A stretch of 64,000 nt of DNA from assembly GCA_963848295.1 (NCBI GenBank), contig CAWKDB010000010.1:3744001-3808000 (forward strand), given 5' to 3'. The notes under the pieces are model-generated. The model ran no database searches. It was not told the DNA's origin and saw only the letters and a program-made list of their open reading frames with translations. This stretch comes from an uncultured delta proteobacterium. GTDB lineage: Bacteria; Myxococcota_A; Polyangia; Haliangiales; Haliangiaceae. Below are positions 1-10,747 of the stretch, piece after piece. The number at the start of each line of letters is the position of its first letter. The first letter of the stretch is position 1. Both the position numbers and the translations under genes were made by a program.

Positions 1-1742
<1,742 letters not shown>

Positions 1743-1743
<1 letters not shown>

Positions 1744-2165
1744 TGGCGGACACCCTGGCCACGTTCCTCGGAGTAAATCTAGTGACGCCGCAGGGCGTCG
1801 TCGCGCACACCGACACCGACAGCGTGCAGGCGCCGGGCGAGCTCGGCGAGCTCGAGTTGTTGCCGGGCCACGTGCCGCTGTTGACCGCGCTCAAGCCCGG
1901 CGTGCTGACGATAGGGACGAAGGCTCGCGCGCGCTATGCGGTGTCGAGCGGCTACCTGCGCATCGATCCGCAGGGCGTGGTCGAGCTCCTCGTCGAGCAG
2001 GCGGTTCCCGCCGATGCGGTCAATGCCGAGGCCGCGCGCACGGAGCTCAAATCGGCCGAGACCGAGCTGGCGCAATGGGGCGCCAAGCCGCAAGACGGCG
2101 ACTACGCGAATCTCCTGCACCGCGCCGACTGGGCGCGCGCGCAGATCGATGCCGCGGCGCACTAG
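1743..2165 (+). CDS. atpC: ATP synthase F1 epsilon subunit
   Basis: LVTPQG..PGELGELELLPGHVPLLTALKPG..VSSGY motif; start overlaps atpD stop (TAGTG). Confidence 0.93.
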
Positions 2166-2171
2166 GGGCTT

Positions 2172-2870
2172 CTAGAGCTCGGGCCCGTATGGCCTCGACA
2201 GCGAGGCGATCGTCAGCGCGCCAGAAAACACGCGAAGCTCGCGTGAAGCGACAGGCGTGTAGGTGTAATCGAACAGTAGGTCGATGCTCTGGGTCTGCGC
2301 GTCGAGGATATAAGCGACGCCGTCCGACGAGGTCGAGGTCGCGGTCGCGTCGGGCGCGCCGCTCGCGTTGTCGTAGAGAACCGTTTGCATCGGTGGCGGG
2401 TTGATCGTCGCGCCGTACGCGCCGGCTTGTACTTCGATCACGCCCGCGCCCGCACGGTCCGTGACCCCGGCGGTGGTGTAGAGCGCCGCATAGGCGTCGG
2501 GCGAGAATACGTCGAGTGCCACACCGAGTGCATCGCCGACGAGAATGCTCTGAAAGTTGTAATACGTCGTGACATACGCGGCGTTCGTTGCCTCGAGGTA
2601 GATGTCGCCATAGCCCGAGGTCGTCGGCAGATCGAGCGCGAAATCACCGGCACTGTCGGTCTGCGTCGATCCCATCTGCGAGTCATCGTCGAGTCGGTTC
2701 GCGGCGACGGCGATGCCCGACGCCGGGGCACCTGAAGCGGCGCCATGGAATGCGACCGTGCCGCTGATCCGGATCATCGATGGCCGGTCTGCGTCGTGCG
2801 GTCCATCGGGAGCGAGCGGAGCCCCGCACGCAGCGAGGACGAGCGAGATGAACACGAGGCGGGTCGGCAT
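2172..2870 (-). CDS. hypothetical lipoprotein with carboxypeptidase-regulatory-like (Cna-B-type) beta-sandwich
   Basis: MPTRLVFISLVLAAC lipobox; ISGTV..TQTDSAGDFAL pattern; start chosen at ATG 2870. Confidence 0.6.
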   Translation of the reverse strand: MPTRLVFISLVLAACGAPLAPDGPHDADRPSMIRISGTVAFHGAASGAPASGIAVAANRLDDDSQMGSTQTDSAGDFALDLPTTSGYGDIYLEATNAAYVTTYYNFQSILVGDALGVALDVFSPDAYAALYTTAGVTDRAGAGVIEVQAGAYGATINPPPMQTVLYDNASGAPDATATSTSSDGVAYILDAQTQSIDLLFDYTYTPVASRELRVFSGALTIASLSRPYGPEL

Positions 2871-2882
2871 GCGGCCCCGCAT

Positions 2883-2898
2883 CGCACGTCTCGCGCCA
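2883..2898 (-). promoter_or_regulatory. putative sigma54 (-24/-12) promoter
   Basis: Minus strand reads TGGCGC-GAGAC-GTGCG, matching TGGCAC-N5-TTGC spacing, 12 nt upstream of ATG 2870. Confidence 0.5.
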
Positions 2899-3019
2899 AG
2901 GCGTTCTCAGCTAATTCGAGATGTTGCGCGACCCCAGACGCCTTGACCGCGCGAGATCGCGACGCCGATGTCTGACTTTCGATCGCCAACATCCGGTGGA
3001 CGGGCGAAGCGCTGGGTTG

Positions 3020-3721
3020 TCACTGCTGGCGATACTCGAACGTCGCGCGCACGTTCGCGCGACCGCCTTTGCCGATGACGACCGTGAGCGACTTCGCGCC
3101 GAGCGTCGGGTGCCACGCCTCGAGCGTGTAGGTCCCCGGCGGGATGCCTTTGATGTCGAACGCGCCGTCGTTACCCGTGACCGCGAAGAACGGATGGTCT
3201 TGGACGACCGCGTAGGCGTGCATCCACGGGTGCACGTTGCACGCGAGCTCGACGACATCGCCGGCAGCCGGCTTCGCTTCGATCGCGAGCTTGTCGTCGG
3301 GCTGCTGCATCTTATTGACGATGTCTTTGCCCGCGATCGTGCCGTGGACGTTGTGAAACAAGTTGTCACCGTTATGCACCGCGAGCTCTTGGCCGACCAT
3401 GATCCCGACGACGCGCGGCGTGTACTGGCACGCGCGCTGGTCGACAACCACCGGCGTGGTCGGCGCGGCGTGCGTGCCCGCCGTTCCGTTCTTGATCCGC
3501 ACGAGCACGCCGGCGAGCTTGCCCTTCGTGACGATGATCGCCTCGTCGTGCACGTCGCCACCGCACTTCTTATCGACGTTGCTCGGCGTCCCGCGCTCGG
3601 GCGCCTCGCCCACGAAGTTCACCGTGCCCTTGATCGAGCCGGTCGGTGGATCGGCCAGACTCGGCTCGCATAGTGCTGCGAGCACGATCGCGGCGACGGC
3701 ATACGAGGACCTGAACGTCAT
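3020..3721 (-). CDS. secreted carboxypeptidase-regulatory-like / cupredoxin-like protein
   Basis: Signal peptide MTFRSSYAVAAIVLAAL; GSIKGTV, DQRACQYTP, HNVH, CNVHPWMHAY, FAVTGNDGAFDIKGIPPGTYTLEAWH; the upstream part of the 518-aa ORF call is low-complexity, so start set at ATG 3721. Confidence 0.75.
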   Translation of the reverse strand: MTFRSSYAVAAIVLAALCEPSLADPPTGSIKGTVNFVGEAPERGTPSNVDKKCGGDVHDEAIIVTKGKLAGVLVRIKNGTAGTHAAPTTPVVVDQRACQYTPRVVGIMVGQELAVHNGDNLFHNVHGTIAGKDIVNKMQQPDDKLAIEAKPAAGDVVELACNVHPWMHAYAVVQDHPFFAVTGNDGAFDIKGIPPGTYTLEAWHPTLGAKSLTVVIGKGGRANVRATFEYRQQ

Positions 3722-3774
3722 GTCGCGGCGAGCGTAACCCACCTGGCGCGACGCGATCGATCTATGCTCCCGTC

Positions 3775-5562
3775 GTGGCAGATCTTCCGGTCGCTCTCGG
3801 GCCGCTCGACGCGGTTCCGCCGGCCTTGCGCTATCGCGTGCGCGAAGTGCTCGGAGGTTTGCCGCTCGAGGGAGGCCCGCTCGAAGGCCTCGCGCTCGAG
3901 AAGCTCGCGCGGCTCGTCGCCGACGGCGAGCCCTGGCTAGGCGCCGATCCGTCGCTGGCCGACGTCGGCTACTGGATGATCGAGCCGCGCCACGCCGTCG
4001 AGCTGCGCCGGCGCGGTTGCGTGTGGTTGTCGCGGTTTCCATCGGCGGAGACCAGCAAGCGGCTCGCCGCGATCGCGCGTGACCCGGCCACGCCACCGGC
4101 GCTGCGCGATCAGGCGATCTGGGCGCTCGGCTGGCGCCAGATTCGCGACCTGCATCCGGCGACGAGATGGCCGACCGAGGCGATCGCGCTCGCCGACGAG
4201 GTGTTGATCGAGCTCGCCGATGCCGCGACCGATGCCGGCAAGATCGCGAGCGGTCAGCTCGCGCCGGCGCTGCGCCACGTCCAAGCCGAGGCAGCGTCTG
4301 CGGTGTGCGCGCGCGCACCCGCGCTGTGGGCCGACGCGCTCGAGTGCTTTGCGACGCCGGCGCTCGCTCGCGTGCTGCTCGTCTGTCTCGATGACATTCC
4401 AGCGCCGCATCGAGTGCGCGCGGTGCGGCTCGTCGCCGCGGTGCTCGGAGGAGAAGCCGTGCCGATGCTGACGGTGCGCGGCAGTCACGGCGCGATGACG
4501 AGCGAGCGGCTCGAGATGCTGTATCTGACGATCGCGCTCGCGGGCGAGGCGAAGCTCGGCGCGTTCGAAGACGCACTGCGCGGGTTGAAATCGATCGAGC
4601 TGTTGCGCCAGCGAGCGAAGTGGCACCTCGCGCATCCTGGAGTGATTCCGACGGTGCGCGGGCTGCGCGTCGCGCGCTCCACCGCCGTGATCGCCCCCGA
4701 TCAACGCCGCACCGCGTGCGCGCTGGCGGCCGACGATCTCGGCGCTCTGACGAAGTTCGCGCGTCACCCCGAGGCGAACCTCTACGCGATGTGGGGCTGG
4801 ATGGTGCGCGGCTCCGCGGATCCCGCGCGCGCGAGGGAGCTCGTCGCCGCTCATCCCGAATCGCAACAGCTCGTGCGCGATCTCTATCTCGAGGACCTCG
4901 CGCAACGCGGTCGCGTCAGGCAGCTCGCCGCGGCGGCGCAGACGATGCGCACTCCGGATCTCGGCGCGCTCCAGCTCGCGATTCATGGCCGACCGATCGC
5001 GGCGCTCGAGCTCGCGGCGACGTCGCGCTCGCACACCCCGGAGCTCGTGTGCGCGCGTGCGCTCGCCTGCTATCGCAGCGGCCGCCCAGACCTCGCGGCG
5101 CGCTTGCTCGCCGAGGATCTGCCGCCGTCGGAGATCGTCGACGATGCCGGCCTCGAACCGTTTCCCGGACCGCACGAGCGCTGGCTGATCGAGCGGGCGC
5201 CCGATGCGCGCCCGGCACTGCGCGCGCTCGCGAGCGGCGTCGCGGCCGTGGTGGCGCTCGCGAAGCCATCGCTCGACGACGCGGAGCCCGACCCGCCGAC
5301 GATCGAGCCGACCGCCGCGGTGGCGCGCCGCCTCGGTCGTGGCTTACTCGGCGCGACGATCTACCTCGCTGGCGAGTTCGTGAAGCGGAACAAGGACGCG
5401 ATCGCGTCGGCCGCCGAGCGAGCCGGCGCTCGCCTCGTCACCGGACCTTTTCCCGGCATCGACTACTACGTCTGCGGTGACACCTGCCCCGTGCAAACGA
5501 TCGCGCAGCTCGAACGCCAGGGGACGCGGCGACTGCACGGCGGCGAGCTGGAGGGCGTCTAG
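3775..5562 (+). CDS. hypothetical helical-repeat protein with C-terminal BRCT-like domain
   Basis: 595 aa Ala/Leu-rich; C-terminus GATIYLAGEF..AIASAAERAGARLVTGPFPGIDYYVCGD resembles BRCT; TATGCT 6 nt before GTG. Confidence 0.6.
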   Translation: MADLPVALGPLDAVPPALRYRVREVLGGLPLEGGPLEGLALEKLARLVADGEPWLGADPSLADVGYWMIEPRHAVELRRRGCVWLSRFPSAETSKRLAAIARDPATPPALRDQAIWALGWRQIRDLHPATRWPTEAIALADEVLIELADAATDAGKIASGQLAPALRHVQAEAASAVCARAPALWADALECFATPALARVLLVCLDDIPAPHRVRAVRLVAAVLGGEAVPMLTVRGSHGAMTSERLEMLYLTIALAGEAKLGAFEDALRGLKSIELLRQRAKWHLAHPGVIPTVRGLRVARSTAVIAPDQRRTACALAADDLGALTKFARHPEANLYAMWGWMVRGSADPARARELVAAHPESQQLVRDLYLEDLAQRGRVRQLAAAAQTMRTPDLGALQLAIHGRPIAALELAATSRSHTPELVCARALACYRSGRPDLAARLLAEDLPPSEIVDDAGLEPFPGPHERWLIERAPDARPALRALASGVAAVVALAKPSLDDAEPDPPTIEPTAAVARRLGRGLLGATIYLAGEFVKRNKDAIASAAERAGARLVTGPFPGIDYYVCGDTCPVQTIAQLERQGTRRLHGGELEGV

Positions 5563-8500
5563 TGCCGGCGCTCGCCAAGCCGCATCGCGTCGCGTTCCTC
5601 GTGCCCGAGGTCTCGATCGACGGACCCGATGCGCCGTTCGAGCGCGCCGCCGCGGCGTTGTTGTGGACCGCCTGCATCGAAGCGTGTCAGCGCCACCCGC
5701 GCCTCGCGGTGCTCGATCCCGACGCCACACCCTTGCTGCCGCAAGACGGCCACTTCGTCCCGAAACACGCCGAGCGCGGCGGCCGGCCGAACGACGCGTT
5801 CTTCGCACCGACCCGGCGCGACGAAGTGCTCTGGCTCGAGCTATCGCTCAGCGGCAAACCGGCAGCGGTGCGGCTCCACGTCGTCGGACGCGACGGCACG
5901 CAGGAGTCGTTCGATGCCCTCGGTCGCAACATCGGCTCGCAGGTCGACCAGGTGCTCGCGGCGTGGCTGACAGCGCGCGGATTGGGTCCGTTGCCGCGTC
6001 GGTTCGAACCAGCGACGAGCGACGAGCTCCTCGCGGTCGTTCGGATCATCGGGCCCGTGCTCGCCGAACAAGCGCGCGCGTGGGCGTTGCCGGTCGCGAC
6101 GAAACCGACCTGGAGCCTCGCGGTCGTGGCTGACTCTCTCGACGAGTCGCTCGACGAGTCGCTCGATCTCGACGACGACGCACCGGTCGACGTCACGGTC
6201 GACTCGACGCTCGATACGCCGGTCGAGACGACGAGCGGGCGGTCGATCGCGCGACCGGTCGCGAATCGCCTACCGGGGCAGATGCGCGTGTCGGCGTTGC
6301 GCTTGCTCGAGCTCGCCTTGCGCGAGGACCTCTCCGAGCTCGTGCTCGCGCTCGACCCCGAGCACCCGCAGGCGTTGTTTGGAAAGTTCGAGGCGGCCGC
6401 TCCACACCGCCGCGACTACGCGTTGCTGCGCCGCGTGATCACGAGCGCGCCGGGTTGGGCGCGGCCGCACGAAGAGCTCGATGCCGCCGACGATGCGAGC
6501 GCGGCCGAGACGTTCGCCGAAGGCGTTGGCGCGCCGAGCACGCTCGAGACCACCGCAGCAGCGGCGATCGCGGCGCTGTGTCGGCCCGCGGCGCTGCCGG
6601 TGCTCGTCGCGTCCGCGGAGCGACTCGATGGGGCGGCGCGCACCGACGAAGCGCTACGCCTGCTCGAGCGCGCCGTCGCGTTGATGCCCGACGATCCGCG
6701 CGCACACGTCGCACTGCTCGACCTCTACGAGCACGCCGATCGCGAGGGCGCGCAACTCGACCAAGCGTTGCGCTCGTCGAGCTCGCACGGCTGCCCGATG
6801 GATCCTGTGCTGCCGTGGTATCCCGACCAGATCCACGTCGATCTCCGCGCCTCGACCGCGTTGCTCGATGTCGGTCGGCTCGACGAGGCGATCGCGTTGC
6901 GCGCGAATCGGCTCGATGGCCGCGAGGCCGCGTGGGCAGCGCAGGCGCGCGTGCTCGGCGATTGGCGCAAAGATCCGCGGTTCGTCGCGTGGAGCTACGC
7001 GCGCGAAGGCTACTTCCGCGGCGATGAGGCGCGCGCGGTCGAGGGTTTCGGTCGCGTCGAGCCCGGTGACTCGATCGATCTCGCGATCTTCCTCGATTCG
7101 CTCGTCGCGCTCGGACGAGAGAACGAGGTCGCGTTCGCATGGGCGCAGTTCGGGCTCGGCCGCGGCTTTTCGCAGTCGGTCGCGCGGCTCGCGGCGGCGC
7201 GAGGCTTGTTCGCGGCCGGCCACTGGCGCGACGGGCTCGAACAGCTGTGGCGCGTCGAGCTCGGCGACCCGGGCCGCGACGAGCACGTGGCGATCGCGCG
7301 CGCGTTGCGCACGGTCTCGGCGGTGTCGGCCGATGGCTTCATCGCGATCGAAGCCGCGATCGCCGAACGGCTCGATGCCGGCGCGACCTCGCTCGCTCGT
7401 CGCATGGCGCGGGACCTCGCGGACTTCGTACCCGCGGCCACGAGTAGCTCGGTCGTCGCGCGTGCGCTTGGCAAGGCCAACCTGGTGGCGTTCGATCCGG
7501 CGTGGCTCGCCGGATTTTCGCCCACTACGCCGAGTCGACGCGCGATCGATGCGTTGTTCGCCGACATCGACGCCACGCGCAAAGACGCCGATGCACGCAG
7601 CGAGCTCGCGCTCGGCGATCGACTCGTCGGGCGATGGCTCGAGGTCGTGTTTGCCGAGGCGTCCGAGGACGACCGCGCGGCACTCGCGCAAGCCGCCGCC
7701 TACACCGCAGCGCAAGCGCTCGCGCGTTACCTCGCGGCGACGACCGCAGGTCCGGCGTTGCTCGCCGGCGCGCTGCGCACGGTAGCTGGCGAAGCGCTCG
7801 CGCTGGTCGCGCGCCATCGTCACGCGCTCGGCGATCGCGAGGCAAGGGCGTTGTGCGGTGCGATCGATCCGGCGCTGCGCCGTATCGATCGTTGGATCGG
7901 CACGCAGTGGCTCGGCGCGGTCGAGCGCGCGGTCGGCCTCGACGAACGCAGCAATGGCGACGTGGTCGGGTTCGTCGCACGATATCCGATCGTCGCGGCG
8001 CGCATCCTCGGGCCTGAGGAGGTCGCCGTGCTCGGTTGGTCGATCGCCAGGTTGTTCCGCGAGCGTCCCGACGGGTGGGCGAGCGCGGTCGCGGCGCAGG
8101 CGGAGCGGCTCGCGACTCACACCGGCGGCGCGGGGGTCGACGAGTGGGCCGATGCGGTCGTCGAGCAACTCGCGACCAAGACGACGGAGCTCCCCGATGC
8201 GATCGACGCGCTCGCGACCGCGAGCTACCTCGCGCGTGGCGATTCGGCCCTTCCCGGACTTCGCGCGGCCGGCGTCTTGCTGGCCGCCGACCGCGGCGAA
8301 GCAGCGCTCGCCGTGCTGTGCGACGCATTGCCCGACGCCGACGTCGTCACGCGCGATCGCGAGCTCGCGCCATTCGCGAATGCGTGGCGCGCGGCCGACA
8401 TCAACGTGCCGTTCGAGTTCGAGCGTGCCGCGGAGGAGACGTCTGCCGCGGTGCAAGCCGGTGCACCGGCACGAGGAGTCCAACTCGGCAGGTGGGCGAT

Positions 8501-9707
8501 CGCCTGTGACCCGGACAACGCCGAAGCGCATCGCAACCTCGGCCTCGCGTTCGCCCAGCAGGGCATGGTGCCGGACGCGATCCATCACCTCGTGCGAGCG
8601 ACGCGCGATCAGGCGCTGCACTTGACGTCGGGCGTGCTTTATCAGACCGGCCGACTCGTCGAAGCGATGGCGGTGCTCGCGTACGCGAGTCGCTGGTACG
8701 TGCGCGCCGATCAATGGCTCGCGTATGGCGGGATCGCGTACGGAGCCGGCGACAGCGCGCGGGCGGCTGCCGCGTACAAGCGCGCGTATCAACTCGAGCC
8801 CTCGGCATTCGACGCGACCCAACTCAACGCGTACGCCGGCGTGCTCGACGAGCTCGGCGAATACAAGAGCTGCGAGAAGATCGCAAACGAGCTGCTGCGC
8901 GTCGGCGCCGACGACGTGATGTGGCAGTGCAACGCGTGGCATCACCTCGCATGCTCGTACCTCGGGCAAGGCCGATTTCCCGAGGCGCTCGACTATGCCC
9001 AACGGGCGATGAATCAGAACCCGGTGCCAGACAGCGCCGATGCGTTCGCGGCGACGCTGAGCCGGGCGCAAGAACAGTCGCCGGCGATGCCACCGCCGCC
9101 ACCCGCAGGCGAGCAACGCGAGGCCGTGTTCGCCGAGCTCGAAGCAGGAAATCACAACGCGGCTTCCCTGCGCAGCCGCGATCCGAGTTGGCGAGTCCGC
9201 CGCGCCGCGCTGCACGCGATCCGGTTTCGGTTCGCGTCGGAGAACCAGGTCGACGTCGCGACGCGCGCGCGTGCCTCGGCCGTTGCGGTCATCGGTGACA
9301 CGACCGGAGCCGTCGAGCTCGATGCCGTGCTCGCCCGAGCGCTCGCGCTGCAGATTCGCGAGCACGCGTATTTTTCACGCGATCCGGTGCCGAGGCTCGG
9401 CGATCGGATGACGCGCGACGCGTTCTATCAGGAGTTTCGCGCCCGCGGCGGCATCGTGTTCGGCGACAACGCACCGAGCCGGCCGAGCTTCGTCGATCGC
9501 GTCGTCGTGCCCGGCGGCGCGGTGGCGCGCGTCAGCGACTATGTCGCGTTGCTGCGCGACCTCGCGGCGCTGACTCCGAAAGAGGCGCTCGCCCAATTCG
9601 ATCTCGACGATGCCGGCTATCTCGATGTCGCGAAAGCGTGGGTGGCCGCGCTCGAAGCCGACGCGACGCTCGCTGCTACGATCGCCGCCGGGCTCGCGAA
9701 GCGCTGA
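5562..9707 (+). CDS. large tetratricopeptide-repeat protein
   Basis: 1381 aa; TPR-like units (DPDNAEAHRNLGLAFAQQG, AWHHLACSYLGQGRFPEALDYAQRA); start overlaps previous stop. Confidence 0.75.
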   Translation: MPALAKPHRVAFLVPEVSIDGPDAPFERAAAALLWTACIEACQRHPRLAVLDPDATPLLPQDGHFVPKHAERGGRPNDAFFAPTRRDEVLWLELSLSGKPAAVRLHVVGRDGTQESFDALGRNIGSQVDQVLAAWLTARGLGPLPRRFEPATSDELLAVVRIIGPVLAEQARAWALPVATKPTWSLAVVADSLDESLDESLDLDDDAPVDVTVDSTLDTPVETTSGRSIARPVANRLPGQMRVSALRLLELALREDLSELVLALDPEHPQALFGKFEAAAPHRRDYALLRRVITSAPGWARPHEELDAADDASAAETFAEGVGAPSTLETTAAAAIAALCRPAALPVLVASAERLDGAARTDEALRLLERAVALMPDDPRAHVALLDLYEHADREGAQLDQALRSSSSHGCPMDPVLPWYPDQIHVDLRASTALLDVGRLDEAIALRANRLDGREAAWAAQARVLGDWRKDPRFVAWSYAREGYFRGDEARAVEGFGRVEPGDSIDLAIFLDSLVALGRENEVAFAWAQFGLGRGFSQSVARLAAARGLFAAGHWRDGLEQLWRVELGDPGRDEHVAIARALRTVSAVSADGFIAIEAAIAERLDAGATSLARRMARDLADFVPAATSSSVVARALGKANLVAFDPAWLAGFSPTTPSRRAIDALFADIDATRKDADARSELALGDRLVGRWLEVVFAEASEDDRAALAQAAAYTAAQALARYLAATTAGPALLAGALRTVAGEALALVARHRHALGDREARALCGAIDPALRRIDRWIGTQWLGAVERAVGLDERSNGDVVGFVARYPIVAARILGPEEVAVLGWSIARLFRERPDGWASAVAAQAERLATHTGGAGVDEWADAVVEQLATKTTELPDAIDALATASYLARGDSALPGLRAAGVLLAADRGEAALAVLCDALPDADVVTRDRELAPFANAWRAADINVPFEFERAAEETSAAVQAGAPARGVQLGRWAIACDPDNAEAHRNLGLAFAQQGMVPDAIHHLVRATRDQALHLTSGVLYQTGRLVEAMAVLAYASRWYVRADQWLAYGGIAYGAGDSARAAAAYKRAYQLEPSAFDATQLNAYAGVLDELGEYKSCEKIANELLRVGADDVMWQCNAWHHLACSYLGQGRFPEALDYAQRAMNQNPVPDSADAFAATLSRAQEQSPAMPPPPPAGEQREAVFAELEAGNHNAASLRSRDPSWRVRRAALHAIRFRFASENQVDVATRARASAVAVIGDTTGAVELDAVLARALALQIREHAYFSRDPVPRLGDRMTRDAFYQEFRARGGIVFGDNAPSRPSFVDRVVVPGGAVARVSDYVALLRDLAALTPKEALAQFDLDDAGYLDVAKAWVAALEADATLAATIAAGLAKR

Positions 9708-9718
9708 GCTCGCGCGAT

Positions 9719-10465
9719 TCAGACCGCGGTGAGCCCGCCGTCGACGACCAGCACCGCGCCGGTCGTGAAGCTCGCAGCATCCGACAGCAAGTACGTTGCC
9801 GCGCCGGCGATCTCACTCGGTTGTGCGTGGCGCGCGAGCGGCGTACGGCTCACCACGTGGTCGCGCAGCATCGGGTTCCCGACGATCGCCGAGGCGAACT
9901 TCGTCTCGACCAGGCCCGGCGCGATCGCGTTCACTCGAATCTTCGAGCTGCCGAGCTCGAACGCGAGCGTCTGCGTCATGCTGATCACCGCGGCCTTGGT
10001 CGCGCCGTAGATGCCCTGCATCGGCGCGGCGCGCATGCCAGCCACGCTCGCGACGTTGACGATCGAGCCGCCGCCATCGCGCGCTCGCGCGTGCTTCACG
10101 AACGCACGCACGCAGTACAGATAGCCGCGGAGGTTGACCTCGATCGTCTTATCGATCGCGCTATCGGGGGTGTCGACCAGCGGACCGAAGTAGGGGTTCG
10201 TGGCGGCGTTGTTGACCAGGCCGTCGACCCGCCCGAACTTTTCGAGCGCCTTCGCGAACAGCGCGTCGACCTCTTCGGCCTTGCCGGTATGCGCGGCGAT
10301 CGCGATCGCGCGATCGGCAGGCAACGTCGCGACGAGGCGATCCAGGTCCGGCTGTTTTCGCGATGCCAATACGACCTTCGCGCCGCCGTCGAGGCACGCG
10401 CGTACGATCGCCTCGCCGATCCCGCGGCTCGCTCCGGTGACGACGATGACCTTGTCCTGCAACAT
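9719..10465 (-). CDS. SDR family NAD(P)-dependent oxidoreductase
   Basis: TGASRGIG, NNAATNP, YGATK, RVNAIAPG. Confidence 0.95.
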   Translation of the reverse strand: MLQDKVIVVTGASRGIGEAIVRACLDGGAKVVLASRKQPDLDRLVATLPADRAIAIAAHTGKAEEVDALFAKALEKFGRVDGLVNNAATNPYFGPLVDTPDSAIDKTIEVNLRGYLYCVRAFVKHARARDGGGSIVNVASVAGMRAAPMQGIYGATKAAVISMTQTLAFELGSSKIRVNAIAPGLVETKFASAIVGNPMLRDHVVSRTPLARHAQPSEIAGAATYLLSDAASFTTGAVLVVDGGLTAV

Positions 10466-10533
10466 GGCCGGACCGTATCACCGCCGACCGGCACGACGAC
10501 CCAGCCCGGGGGGCGTCGTTACAACTGGCAGCG

Positions 10534-10548
10534 TGCCAATACCGGACA
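10534..10548 (+). repeat. 15-bp inverted repeat, left copy (TGCCAATACCGGACA)
   Basis: Exact reverse complement of 12226-12240. Confidence 0.85.
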
Positions 10549-10672
10549 CCTGCCGGCTGATCGTCTGGCCAGGCTGGCGGAAACGCCGCCGCCCGCGACT
10601 CGACGAGCCGTGGTTTGCGTCGAGGGCAAGGTCATAGCGGCCTGACCTGCTCTAGCGCATTCGCGGAGTTGG

Positions 10673-10690
10673 CCGGACAGTTCCGGACAG
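10673..10690 (+). promoter_or_regulatory. tandem CCGGACAG repeat (10-bp period), possible activator binding site
   Basis: CCGGACAG-TT-CCGGACAG about 30 bp upstream of the sigma54-like motif. Confidence 0.4.
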
Positions 10691-10718
10691 CGCGAGCGAT
10701 CGCCTGTCGACTGCGGAC

Positions 10719-10734
10719 TGGCGCGTTCGTTGCG
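10719..10734 (+). promoter_or_regulatory. putative sigma54 (-24/-12) promoter of the PLD gene
   Basis: TGGCGC-GTTCG-TTGCG with canonical spacing, 13 nt upstream of ATG 10748. Confidence 0.65.
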
Positions 10735-10747
10735 ATTGGCGGTTCGC

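Noticed and set aside
2166..2171. Rho-independent terminator after the atp operon
   Set aside because: Only 6 nt separate the convergent stops; no hairpin plus U-tract
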